Below are positions 20,568 to 33,988 of a stretch of DNA of 64,000 bases, piece by piece. Numbering within the stretch: the first letter of the stretch is position 1; the number at the start of each line of letters is the position of its first letter. A program made the position numbers and the translations under genes. Below the pieces are notes generated by a model that searched no databases, had not been told where the DNA came from, and worked only from the letters and a program-made list of their open reading frames with translations. Origin of the DNA: a virus; IMG/VR virus record IMGVR_UViG_3300009068_000023. One strand, 5' to 3'.

Positions 20568-22637
20568 ATGTCAAATACAATCATTCAAATCAGACGCAGT
20601 ACTGAAACTGCGGTACCTAGTAGTTTACAGCCAGGTGAATTAGCCTATACCTCGAATGGTGAGGTACTATTTATTGGTAGTGTGAAAGGCACAGATACCG
20701 CTAACGTTGTTGCGATTGGGGGCATTAGAAACCCAGGTACTCTTACTGCAAATCAGGCCCTAGTAGCCAACTCTACTTCTGGTATTGATAAGGTAATCGT
20801 TGCTAACTTAGTAGCTACGCAAGTATATGCTAACGGTGCGCATGGTACAAATGGTCAACTTCTAGTATCTGGCGGCTCGGGTAATGTACACTGGATTAAT
20901 GCAAGCGCTCTCTCAACCAGCGCTGGTGGTTCTAATTCACAAGTTCAGTTTAATAATAATAGTCTATTCGCCGGTGACGTAGATTTTACCTTTGATACGG
21001 CTACTAATAAATTAAGTGTTGGTGGTGGGGTACTTGCTGGCAGCGGCGGCTCATTTGTAGTAGGCTCTAATGCAGCAGTAATTAATTCAACTGGTGTATT
21101 TACAACCGGCACAGTTAATACAGACATCCTAAGCGTTGCTAATACCACTGATAGTTCAAACACTACTACTGGTGCTGTAACTATAGCGGGTGGCTTAGGA
21201 GTTGCAAAGAGAGTTGCTGCTAAAGAAGTTTATGTTGGTAATAATGACACATATACTACAGTTAACGGCACAGTAATTACTACTGGTAACGTTCTTGCTA
21301 CTAACACTGTTAATGCAGCAGTATTAAGTATTGGGTCTAACGTAGTAGCTAATTCAACAGGGCTGTATACTACAGGTAGCGTTATTGCTACTAACACTGT
21401 TAACGCAGCGATATTAAGTGTTGGTTCAAATGTAGTAGCTAACACGTCAGGATTATTTACTACTGGTGTAGTAAATGCATCTTCGCTCACAGTTGGATCA
21501 TACATTTCTGCAAATACAACCCAGTTGTTTATTGCGAATGGTGTTACTCTTTCGGTTAATGGGTCGGTAGGTACAGCTAACCAAGTACTAGCATCGAATG
21601 GCTCTGGATTGTATTGGAGAGGGGTTGATGCTGATATTACCGAAGTTGTCGCCGGGGATGGTCTTACAGGCGGCGGTTTAAGCGGAAGCGTAACACTTGA
21701 TGTAGGGGCAGGTAACGGTATATCGGTTAGCGCTAATGCCGTTTCAGTTAATGCTAACGACGGTATAGTTGCGAACACCTCTGGTGTTTTTGTCAAAGCA
21801 GGCACTGGTGTAACGGTTAATTCCACTGGTGTACACATTGGCCAGGATGTTGGCACTACAAGCAATGTTACTTTTAACTCTATAGATGTTACAGGCAACG
21901 TTGTACTGGGTAGTAATTCTTCTGATGTTGTATCTATTAATGGGCTAGTTAACACCAACATAGTACCTTCAGCTAACGTTACTTATAACCTTGGCTCATC
22001 TGCATTAAATTATTCAACAGTATATGCAAATAATATACTTGCTAAGTATGCAACGTTTGATCATAACGTAACTATCGCTGGTAACTTATCTGTTACTGGT
22101 ACCCTCGTTACAATTAACGTTTCAACCTTATCGGTATCTGATTCTCTAATTCAACTAGCAGCTAACAACACATCGTCAGACGTATTAGATCTAGGTTTTT
22201 ACGGTAATTATAACAACACCGGTGGTGCGTCTCAACACGCTGGTCTGTTTAGAGATGCATCGGACGGGGTATTCAAGCTATTTGATAGTCTGACTGCCGC
22301 ACCAGGTACAACTGTCGATACATCGAATGCTACGTTTAATATATCGACCTTAGTTGCTTACCTTTCATCTGGCGGGTTAACCACTAATTCAACATCAGTA
22401 GCACTAACTGCTAATGGTACTGTAAATGTAGCGATAGTAGCTAATACATTAAGCCTATCAACCGCATTAGCAGGTAATAGCGGTGGTACAGGTCTTAACA
22501 GCTATACAGCAGAAGATATACTAGTTGCTAATTCAACTAACGGATTTAGAAAATTAGGGATAGGCACCAAAGGGTATGTTTTACAATCTAATGGTACAGC
22601 ATTGGTATATGCTTCATTAGATGGCGGCAGTTTCTAA
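20568..22637 (+). CDS. Tail fibre-like protein
   Basis: N-terminal IQIRRST..PSSLQPGELAY anchor, beta repeats, C-terminal LDGGSF. Confidence 0.7.
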   Translation: MSNTIIQIRRSTETAVPSSLQPGELAYTSNGEVLFIGSVKGTDTANVVAIGGIRNPGTLTANQALVANSTSGIDKVIVANLVATQVYANGAHGTNGQLLVSGGSGNVHWINASALSTSAGGSNSQVQFNNNSLFAGDVDFTFDTATNKLSVGGGVLAGSGGSFVVGSNAAVINSTGVFTTGTVNTDILSVANTTDSSNTTTGAVTIAGGLGVAKRVAAKEVYVGNNDTYTTVNGTVITTGNVLATNTVNAAVLSIGSNVVANSTGLYTTGSVIATNTVNAAILSVGSNVVANTSGLFTTGVVNASSLTVGSYISANTTQLFIANGVTLSVNGSVGTANQVLASNGSGLYWRGVDADITEVVAGDGLTGGGLSGSVTLDVGAGNGISVSANAVSVNANDGIVANTSGVFVKAGTGVTVNSTGVHIGQDVGTTSNVTFNSIDVTGNVVLGSNSSDVVSINGLVNTNIVPSANVTYNLGSSALNYSTVYANNILAKYATFDHNVTIAGNLSVTGTLVTINVSTLSVSDSLIQLAANNTSSDVLDLGFYGNYNNTGGASQHAGLFRDASDGVFKLFDSLTAAPGTTVDTSNATFNISTLVAYLSSGGLTTNSTSVALTANGTVNVAIVANTLSLSTALAGNSGGTGLNSYTAEDILVANSTNGFRKLGIGTKGYVLQSNGTALVYASLDGGSF

Positions 22638-22639
22638 TA

Positions 22640-22831
22640 ATGGAAGTTGATTTTGTTAATGCCTACATAAACAGGCAGAAGCAGTATATTGAAGATTTAA
22701 CAAATAAACTTATACTGGCGGAAGCTAAGATCGTTACTTTAGAAAAAACAATTAACGATCTTAGCAATAAAATAGTTGATTATGAAAGCAAGACGGTGAA
22801 GCCAAGTGAAAATAGTCGTACTAAATCTTGA
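22640..22831 (+). CDS. Small coiled-coil protein
   Basis: 63 aa with a heptad pattern; overlaps the next gene's start. Confidence 0.6.
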   Translation: MEVDFVNAYINRQKQYIEDLTNKLILAEAKIVTLEKTINDLSNKIVDYESKTVKPSENSRTKS

Positions 22832-24770
22832 TACAAGAAAAGACAGATTAGATTTTATTTCAGAGCAGCTTAGCGAGTACGAATGGACCAGATTACCGGC
22901 CATAAACGGACACTCGTTAAGCTTATCTAATATAAGAGCATTAGGGTTTAAGCCTTACCTTAGGTGGCAGGACCCAATGCTACATCGACACGCAACTATA
23001 ACAGAAGTTGCAACCAGCATATCGCATTATAACGCGTGGATGCTTTGTGCTGAGCTCAATCACAACCTATTGATTCTTGAAGATGATTCAAGACTAGTAG
23101 GGCATATTGACTCAGAAGAAATCGATAGACTTCTTGAAACACAAGATGTAGTATACCTGGATCACAAAGAGATGTTTCCAGGTCATGTGCAGAATATAGA
23201 TGATAAATTTATACGGCCATATTACCCTTATTGGAATAATGCTTACGCTATAAGCCCAAGGCTTGCTAAGAAGCTAGTTAATTCCAAGTTTAAGGAAAAC
23301 ATTATACCGGTTGATGAGTTCTTTCCGCTTATCAGTGGTGTTAACTATCTACACACCTGTCTGACAGATAAGCCAGGCATACTTAATAATTTTACTGCAT
23401 TAGTAGATATTTTTAAAGATCTTATACCTACTAACCCTATAGCCTATAAAACTAGTATATTTAATCAAGTATCTAGATCGGTACTTGGCTCTGATATTGA
23501 AAGTGGAGAATCCATAATGACTCAAGAAGCAATCGTTGTCACCGTTGCTACAGACTCTGAAAAATACAAATACCTTAGTAAGTCAAGTGCGGCTAAAGAG
23601 GTACCGATTATAAACATCGGCGATGGTGTAGAATGGAAGGGTGGTACAATGCAAGGACCGGGCGGTGGTCAAAAGATTAATTTAGTTAAAGATTATCTTA
23701 AGAGCATTGACGGTAATAAGATTGTATTGTTCTGCGATGGTCATGATGTCATCATTAATGATTCATTAGAGACTATCGTGAATAGATTCTTAGGGTTTGA
23801 ATGTGACGTGCTTTTTGCAGCTGAAAAGATCTGCTGGCCTGATCGTTCCATGGAACAGTATTTTACTGAATCACATACCGCATACAAGTATCTAAACAGT
23901 GGAGTATACATTGGATACAAGGACTCTATCCTTTCCATCATAGATGATTATATACAGGATTCGGATGATGATCAACTATTTTTACAGAAGAAGTATGTAG
24001 AGAATAAGAGTAATAATAAGGTTAATATCAAATTAGATTATGAGAATTATATCTTTCAATGCTTAAGCTCTATTGAAGATGATTTAGTATTAAAGCCAAC
24101 AAAGCAATTTGTTAATATTGCTACTAGATGCTGCCCATGCATCTTACATGGTAATGGCGGGCCAAATGATAAGATTGTTTTTAATAACATCTTCCAACAG
24201 CTCTATCCAGATATTATAGAATTTATTGATGCTACAGAGCTTACAGTAGTAGCACCAGACATCCTAGAGATGGATTTTCTTACCCCAGAGATGTGTAAGA
24301 AAATTATAGACATGGCTGAAGCACATGGTAAATGGGAATCGATGTACGGTGATAAGTTTCCAGGACAAGAATTAAGAATCAGAGAGTTTAGTATGGAGCT
24401 CTGGAATACTTTAGAAAAGCATTTTAAAGAGTCGATCAACCCGGTGATAGAAAAGTATTGGTTTCCGCTATTAATGAATGGTTTGCGGGATGCTTTCATT
24501 ATTAAGTATTCACCAGAAACCCAAAAGAGTCTTAACTGTCACCATGATGCCTCTTTAGTTTCAGGAAACGTAAAGCTGAATGATGATTACGAAGGCGGAG
24601 ATACTTATTTTTATAGGCAAAACTTCTCTAATATAAATACTCAAATAGGTAAGATTATTTTATGGCCTGGCCAAGTGACACATGGACACGAAGGTCGAGA
24701 AGTAACCAAAGGCACTAAATATAATCTAGTAATATGGACAAGTAGAAAGCAGGGCGACATTAATTATTAA
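22806..24770 (+). CDS. Three-domain fusion: GT25 (COLGALT-like) + PLOD/LH3-type glycosyltransferase + 2OG-Fe(II) lysyl-hydroxylase-like domain
   Basis: GT25 motifs: NLDTRKDR, SHYNAW, ILEDD, YW..AYAIS, IPVDEF. PLOD GT motifs: TVAT, GGGQK, FCDGHDV, FAAEKICWP, YLNSGVYIG, DDDQLF, HGNG. Hydroxylase motifs: FIIKYSPETQKSLNCHHDAS, DYEGG, PGQVTHGHEG, GTKY. GTG start. Confidence 0.85.
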   Translation: MKIVVLNLDTRKDRLDFISEQLSEYEWTRLPAINGHSLSLSNIRALGFKPYLRWQDPMLHRHATITEVATSISHYNAWMLCAELNHNLLILEDDSRLVGHIDSEEIDRLLETQDVVYLDHKEMFPGHVQNIDDKFIRPYYPYWNNAYAISPRLAKKLVNSKFKENIIPVDEFFPLISGVNYLHTCLTDKPGILNNFTALVDIFKDLIPTNPIAYKTSIFNQVSRSVLGSDIESGESIMTQEAIVVTVATDSEKYKYLSKSSAAKEVPIINIGDGVEWKGGTMQGPGGGQKINLVKDYLKSIDGNKIVLFCDGHDVIINDSLETIVNRFLGFECDVLFAAEKICWPDRSMEQYFTESHTAYKYLNSGVYIGYKDSILSIIDDYIQDSDDDQLFLQKKYVENKSNNKVNIKLDYENYIFQCLSSIEDDLVLKPTKQFVNIATRCCPCILHGNGGPNDKIVFNNIFQQLYPDIIEFIDATELTVVAPDILEMDFLTPEMCKKIIDMAEAHGKWESMYGDKFPGQELRIREFSMELWNTLEKHFKESINPVIEKYWFPLLMNGLRDAFIIKYSPETQKSLNCHHDASLVSGNVKLNDDYEGGDTYFYRQNFSNINTQIGKIILWPGQVTHGHEGREVTKGTKYNLVIWTSRKQGDINY

Positions 24771-24786
24771 CACTGTATATACAGTG
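24771..24786. repeat. Perfect 16-bp palindrome CACTGTATATACAGTG
   Basis: Directly visible between the enzyme stop codon and the RBS of the collagen gene. Confidence 0.85.
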
Positions 24787-24799
24787 ATTACGGAGCCAA

Positions 24800-27816
<3,017 letters not shown>

Positions 27817-27817
<1 letters not shown>

Positions 27818-29112
27818 TGTCATTTGGAGTATTTCAGTTTAGAAGAGGTAGCGCCTCAGATTGGTCAACTGCTAATACAGTACTAGCAGCCGGTGAGCTT
27901 GGTATAGAAACAAATACTAGCCTGTTTAAAATAGGTGATGGTTCTACTGCCTGGACAAATCTACCTTATGGCGGTATACAAGGTATTAAAGGTGATAAGG
28001 GTTACGGAGACAAAGGCGAAAAAGGTGATGTAGGGCCTAAAGGTGATATCGGCAACAAAGGCGACAAAGGTGATACCGGTAATAAGGGTGACACCGGCCT
28101 AACCGCAACTCTTCTCTATGAAGAGTTTACAGCTACTAGCGATCAAACTACTTTCTATCCTTCTACATTCACAGCAAACACCGGCGGTGTACGAGTATTT
28201 TATAATGGTGTTTTATTAAGTAATACTGAGTACACATCAAACACAACTGCAATTGTTCTTTCTTCAGGTGCAACTGCTAGTGACTTGGTTGCTGTATACG
28301 GTTACGATCGAATAAGCCCTAAAGGTGATAAGGGTGAGACACCTGCTGTAAGCAACTTTAATTTTACAGCAGCAAACAATCAATCAGTGTTCTTAATGTC
28401 AGGGATTACCACCCTAGGTAATATATTAGTACACTTAAATGGCATATTCCTTTCTAATACAGAATATACCGCAAACACTTCAAGAGTAACTCTCAACTTA
28501 CCTGCAGCAAATAACGATATACTTGACGTAGTAGTATTTGATAGTGCAGGTGTCAAAGGTGAAAAAGGCAGCAATGCGGCAGGCCCCTGGTTTGAGAATA
28601 TTAGATTTGTTACTACAGACAGCACTATCACAAACACAGCTATTTCATTCACAGAAGGAATAGCGCCTCTACAGGTAAACAACTATACTACAATTACAGT
28701 TGATCGCGCAGCTACTTGGACAGTTGCAGATAATCTAGCAGTAGATTATACTAAAGGCTTACCAAATTATGTTGTAGATAATCTTTCTAATGTATTTGAC
28801 GGGCAGACAAGATCGTTTAAACTGTCATCAAATGGTGTTTCTATAACGCCATTTAACGGTGCAAGCTTAGATTTGTATATAAACGGAACTAAGCAATTGC
28901 CGGCTAGATATATAAATGATTACTACAATTTACCAGAAGTTTCAGTGTTTAGTTCGGGATACTATGTTAATGGGTCTACTTTATATCTGTCCTCAGCGCC
29001 CACATTTGGGACCGCTTTCTATTGCACAGCCAAAGTAGCTGACACTGTGAAAAACTTTAACAATTACCAAAAACAAACACCATTTAAACCATTAAGTATA
29101 ATGCTTGATTAA
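27817..29112 (+). CDS. Collagen-containing fibre protein with Mtd/hyaluronidase-type N-terminal anchor
   Basis: FQFRRGSASDW..AN.VLA.GELGIET....FKIGDG...W..LPY, then a GXK tract and FTA domains. Confidence 0.75.
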
Positions 29113-29121
29113 GAGGACAAC

Positions 29122-32100
29122 ATGGCAAAACGTGTTATTTTAGATACTCAGTATACATTTACCCCTTCTACAAAGACAATAGTAATCCCTAGAGTCGTTC
29201 TAAGAGAAAGACTATTACTAATTACTAACGTTACTACTAACGCTGTAATTTACAACTTTAGCGATCCAGCACTTACCGCTACAAGCTATACGGTTACGCA
29301 AGGAACGGTTACCACAAACCCAACTACTACAATCGTATTAAATTATAATACCGGTAGTATGTCGGCCACTGATAAGTTGCAGATTGTAGTTGATGAAATT
29401 AGTGAATCATTTATTCCTGACGAGTCTATTATTGACCCAGTAGGTAAGATGAGAATTTCTTCTCCTCAAGCTTTGATTGATACTGACTTTGAATACGGGT
29501 TGCAACCTACAAAGTGGGAAACCCTCTCGCTACTTAACATGCAGCCAAGCTTTTTTGTCAACACACAAACCCCTATTGTAATTACAGATATTCAAGCAAC
29601 AAATGGTTCAACTACGGTTACAGTATCGACAACTACCCCACCTGCGGTTGGCACACCAGTTCTTATTCAAGATAGCTTGTTTACCGGTGGCAACGGGCCT
29701 TTCGTAGTAGATTCAGTATCAGCTGGTACTAATTTCACATATACTGCAAGAACGCCATTTACAGGTTCATCTGGCTCAGTATATAACTCAACATTATCGT
29801 TTGTATTCGCTGGTAGCTTTTATTCAAATGCAAGTATGCCACAAGCAACTGCTATGACTAATAGTGGTGTTGTAGTTACAGTAACTACAACCAACCCTCA
29901 CGGTCTTCAGATAGGCGATGGTATCTATGTAACAGGTTCAACCGCATCATCTAATGCACCTAACGGTACATGGCAGGTTAGTTCGGTACTAAGCAGCACA
30001 TCTTTTAACTTTGTTGTAGTAAATGCGCCATCCGGATCAATTTCCGGTGGCACAATTTACCCCAGACCAGACGGTGTATATCAACATAGAGCATTTGACG
30101 GCGGTGTTCAGTTTACTACAGGCAATCAAGCGCACAATATTCAAACTATTCGTCAAACAAGAAGATACTTTAGATATCAATCTGGCAAAGGCATTCAAGT
30201 TAGTACAGGTACAAGCTTAAAGCCAAACATTAACGTAGATAAGATTACATCGTCTGGAACAGTAGCAACCGTTACTACAAAAGCACCTCACTACATTAGT
30301 TTTGGTACAACTTTTATTATTTCAGGCTGTAATGAAACAGCATATAATGGTACCTTTACAGTAACTTCAGTAGTCAGTGATAACCAATTCACATATAGTA
30401 CATTAACAACCCCCACTGCAACGCCTGCAACTGGTATACCCGCTCTGTCAGTATCTAGCTGGTATGGCGCAACAACCAGAACCGGATTATTCGATTTCCA
30501 GAATGGTGTATTTTTTGAATTTGATGGTCAAACTCTTTACTGTGTAAGAAGAAGCTCAACTACACAATTGTCCGGCTTCTTTAACGTTACTAACGGCTCG
30601 TCAACAGTAACTGGCGCAACCGTTAACGGGGTATCACCTTCACTATCGTCACAACTAGTGCCTGGTGACTTTATAGTTATTAGAGGGATGTCATTCAGAG
30701 TTCTAAATATTGCAAGTGACACCTCTATGACAGTTTCGCCTCCTTATAGAGGAGCAACTCTATCAGGTACGAACGTCTGTATTATTTCTAAGACTATCGA
30801 TACAAGAGTTCCGCAAAACTTATGGAACATTGATAAGATGGACGGTACTGGCCCATCTGGTATGAACCTTGATCTTACTAAGATGCAAATGTTCTATCTT
30901 GACTATAGCTGGTACGGCGCTGGTACAGTAAGATATGGATTCAGAGATACACAAGGTAGAGTAGTTTACGTCCATAGGTTTGTTAACAATAACCAGAATA
31001 CTGAAGCGTACATGCGTTCTGGTAACTTGCCTGCCAGATACGAAACCAATACTATTGCACCATTTACGAATCTTGCAGCAACGTTGGCATCAAGCGCAAC
31101 AACAATGTCGGTTGGTAACACTACTGCATTCCCAACAACTGGTACAGTTTATATTGATAACCCAAGCAATCCTGAGTATGTGTTTTATTCAGGCAAGACA
31201 GCTACAACACTTACCGGTCTTACAAGAGGTAAGGCAGCCACAACCGTAACAATGACAAGAACGAGCGGCAGCTCAACCTTAACATCAACAAACTCAGTAG
31301 CTGGTCTGCAAGTAGGCATGTTAATTTACGGTACAGGTATTCCAAATAATACCTATGTTGCGTCTATTACCACCGGGGCATTTAATACAGTGGTCATGTC
31401 CAGAGCTGCATCAAGCTCAGGCTCCTCTACTTACAGCTTTGCTAATATGGGTAATGCAACGGGAGATGTAACTCATACATTCTCTGCTACTGCTCCTATA
31501 TCAGTGTATCTACATTCACCACAATTCTCACCGACGATTAGCCACTGGGGTACGTCAGTAATTATGGACGGACAGTACGATAACGATAAGTCGTTGCAAT
31601 TTACCTACGGTGAAACAACAACTACCACTGCAATTGCTGGTAACGTTGCTTCAGTAACTATTGGTTCAGGCTCAAATACATTTAGCGTTGTTAATACTAC
31701 ACCGATCTTCCCTGGTATGTTAGTGGCAGGTAGCAATATTCCTTCCGGCGCAATAGTTACAGCCGTGTCCGGCGGCAACCCAAACAACACTATTACAATG
31801 AATAGACAGGGGTCAGGCTCCGGTTCTACAACAGTAACGTACAATAGTGCTGTTGCTCTTGCAACTCTAAGAGTTACGCCTTCAGTTGATTCTGGTGTTA
31901 CTGGTGTACTTGGCTCAAAGGAAATTGTTAACCGTATGCAGCTCACGTTGCAAAACTTGGACGTGCTAGTTAACGGGGTGTTCTTGATTCAGCTAATTCT
32001 AAATGGCGCGCCGATTGCACCAACAACTAGCACAACAACAAGCTATACCGGTGCCACAGCAGCATTAAGCACCTTCGGTCCTATTGCTACTGGTACATCA

Positions 32101-32397
32101 AGTCTTGCCCAGATTGCTGACCATACAGGCCCTGTATATGTCTCAGGCGGTGAAGCGATGTTTAGCTTCTATGCTGTGAACAACGCCGGTTCTACTAACT
32201 ACTCCGTAGCAGCTGCTGCTCTTAACATGCTACGAGATCTAGGTAATAGTATTCTTGGTGGTGGTACAACTAACACACCAGGTGCTGCAGGTGTTTACCC
32301 AGACGGTCCAGATACGCTTACGATTGTTGGTATTAACATCGGTAGCTCGAATGCTCAAATTCAAACACGTCTATCCTGGACAGAAGCACAAGCTTAA
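29122..32397 (+). CDS. Large virion structural protein
   Basis: 1091 aa, Thr/Ser-rich beta domains; motifs IDTDFEYG, QTRRYFRYQSGKG and YSWYGAG; SD GAGGA. Confidence 0.7.
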   Translation: MAKRVILDTQYTFTPSTKTIVIPRVVLRERLLLITNVTTNAVIYNFSDPALTATSYTVTQGTVTTNPTTTIVLNYNTGSMSATDKLQIVVDEISESFIPDESIIDPVGKMRISSPQALIDTDFEYGLQPTKWETLSLLNMQPSFFVNTQTPIVITDIQATNGSTTVTVSTTTPPAVGTPVLIQDSLFTGGNGPFVVDSVSAGTNFTYTARTPFTGSSGSVYNSTLSFVFAGSFYSNASMPQATAMTNSGVVVTVTTTNPHGLQIGDGIYVTGSTASSNAPNGTWQVSSVLSSTSFNFVVVNAPSGSISGGTIYPRPDGVYQHRAFDGGVQFTTGNQAHNIQTIRQTRRYFRYQSGKGIQVSTGTSLKPNINVDKITSSGTVATVTTKAPHYISFGTTFIISGCNETAYNGTFTVTSVVSDNQFTYSTLTTPTATPATGIPALSVSSWYGATTRTGLFDFQNGVFFEFDGQTLYCVRRSSTTQLSGFFNVTNGSSTVTGATVNGVSPSLSSQLVPGDFIVIRGMSFRVLNIASDTSMTVSPPYRGATLSGTNVCIISKTIDTRVPQNLWNIDKMDGTGPSGMNLDLTKMQMFYLDYSWYGAGTVRYGFRDTQGRVVYVHRFVNNNQNTEAYMRSGNLPARYETNTIAPFTNLAATLASSATTMSVGNTTAFPTTGTVYIDNPSNPEYVFYSGKTATTLTGLTRGKAATTVTMTRTSGSSTLTSTNSVAGLQVGMLIYGTGIPNNTYVASITTGAFNTVVMSRAASSSGSSTYSFANMGNATGDVTHTFSATAPISVYLHSPQFSPTISHWGTSVIMDGQYDNDKSLQFTYGETTTTTAIAGNVASVTIGSGSNTFSVVNTTPIFPGMLVAGSNIPSGAIVTAVSGGNPNNTITMNRQGSGSGSTTVTYNSAVALATLRVTPSVDSGVTGVLGSKEIVNRMQLTLQNLDVLVNGVFLIQLILNGAPIAPTTSTTTSYTGATAALSTFGPIATGTSSLAQIADHTGPVYVSGGEAMFSFYAVNNAGSTNYSVAAAALNMLRDLGNSILGGGTTNTPGAAGVYPDGPDTLTIVGINIGSSNAQIQTRLSWTEAQA

Positions 32398-32406
32398 GAG
32401 GATAAT

Positions 32407-32859
32407 ATGGCATCTATTAAACTAAACGGTACCACTTCTAATTCGGTAACTATTTCAGCACCAGACAATCCTAATACTACAGTATATGTGTTGCCGGTGG
32501 CTGATGGATCAAACGGACAGGTACTGACTACCAACGGTGCCGGTTACATGTCATGGACGACAGTAGGGGTAGCAGGCGCTAATACTCAGATACAGTTTAA
32601 TGATAGTGGTGTTAGTAATGGTTCAGCCAACCTAGCATTCTACAAGTCTAATTCAACTATTGCTGTTAATAATGCAGTTATTAATGCGTCTCTAACAGTT
32701 AATACTATCGCAGTAGGCGCTAACATAAATATTAACACGGCTACCGTATCAGTAGGAAACGCCACTAACAACGTGCAGATTAACTCAACCGGAGTTTTCT
32801 TAAGTAACGTTGCATATCCTACAACCACCACTATACTGACTTATAGCTTAGCTTTCTAG
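32407..32859 (+). CDS. Short fibre-like protein
   Basis: LP.ADGSNGQVLTTNG.G..SW and QIQFND motifs; ends TYSLAF. Confidence 0.65.
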   Translation: MASIKLNGTTSNSVTISAPDNPNTTVYVLPVADGSNGQVLTTNGAGYMSWTTVGVAGANTQIQFNDSGVSNGSANLAFYKSNSTIAVNNAVINASLTVNTIAVGANININTATVSVGNATNNVQINSTGVFLSNVAYPTTTTILTYSLAF

Positions 32860-32867
32860 GAAAAAAT

Positions 32868-33314
32868 ATGAAACAATTAACTATCTATAAACCAACGTTT
32901 AGTACTGCTAATAACACATTAGATTTTTCAACACTGCCAAACTTTAAGTTTAGCAAGCTGTATGCTGTTATTAACACCACTCAAAACGTACCTTTGTACA
33001 TTGCAGGCGCACCCAACCTAGGAGCTACAAATCCAGGCGGTGGTCCTCTTGTTACATTAAGTGTTAACACTACAACATACAATCCATCTGATAACCTCAA
33101 CATTTATTATGATGATTTAGATGGATTTGATTCTTTCTCTCAGTATAATGTACGATACTCTAATCAAAAAATTATAGAGGTATTAGAACAATTACTAATA
33201 GAAACGAAAGTGACCAACTTGATCCTTTCAGAAGGATTAAATGGCTCGCCATTTATTACCGAAGTTACACAACTTCGCAAAGATATAAATAGTAACGTAA
33301 CCGATGAAGGTTAA
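32868..33314 (+). CDS. Hypothetical virion protein, paralogous to the N-terminal domain of 29122..32397
   Basis: Shared pattern TF...T...L..I.N.T.N..Y ... L..NT.....D.L.I..D. Confidence 0.6.
   Translation: MKQLTIYKPTFSTANNTLDFSTLPNFKFSKLYAVINTTQNVPLYIAGAPNLGATNPGGGPLVTLSVNTTTYNPSDNLNIYYDDLDGFDSFSQYNVRYSNQKIIEVLEQLLIETKVTNLILSEGLNGSPFITEVTQLRKDINSNVTDEG
33284..33291 (+). promoter_or_regulatory. T4-type late promoter TATAAATA for gene 33340
   Basis: Exact consensus about 48 nt upstream of ATG 33340, inside the 3' end of the previous ORF. Confidence 0.6.
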
Positions 33315-33339
33315 TTTTAACTAAGTAAAGGAGACTCAC

Positions 33340-33969
33340 ATGCTTATTCAAGGACAAGTAGGCCCAATTTCTGCACAATCACTTGGTGCCGGTTCTAACC
33401 CAAACGTACGTCTTGGTCAACAAGGCGATCTTATCGCAACTGAGCTACACGGTCGTTATTATGAGACCAACTATCGTAGAGCTCTTTTCAACGCTGCTTC
33501 GACGGCTGCTGCTACAACCTCGGCTGGTACAACCACATCGTTCACCGGTCTAATGGTTTACAACCCACTTAACAGCCCAGTTAACCTAGTCATCAACAAG
33601 GTTGGCTATGCATTCATCGTTGCCTTCGGTTCTGCCGCTGCTTACGGTGTTATGACTGGCTTCAGCACATCACCAATCGCTACATTCTCGACTTCGAACA
33701 CCTCGACCAAGTCGCAGTATGTTGGTGGTGCTCAAGGTTACGGTGTTGCTTATGCATCAGCCACTCTAACAGCAACCCCAGTCGTTAACACCATCTTCGG
33801 TTCAGGCCTAACTGGTGCTATCACAACAGTCCCATCAGTGCCTCTTCTATATGATCTAGAAGGCAGCGTTATTGTTCCTCCTGGTGGCTACGTTTGCTCG
33901 TACACCACATCAGCATCTGGTGCCAGCGCATTCTTTGGCTCGTTCCAATGGGAAGAAATCCCAGTCTAA
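33340..33969 (+). CDS. Probably abundant virion protein of unknown function
   Basis: SD AAGGAG; codon usage (TTC/AAC/ATC/CGT/GCT) resembling gp23; own promoter and terminator. Confidence 0.7.
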   Translation: MLIQGQVGPISAQSLGAGSNPNVRLGQQGDLIATELHGRYYETNYRRALFNAASTAAATTSAGTTTSFTGLMVYNPLNSPVNLVINKVGYAFIVAFGSAAAYGVMTGFSTSPIATFSTSNTSTKSQYVGGAQGYGVAYASATLTATPVVNTIFGSGLTGAITTVPSVPLLYDLEGSVIVPPGGYVCSYTTSASGASAFFGSFQWEEIPV

Positions 33970-33988
33970 TTTTAGACGGTATTTCAAG

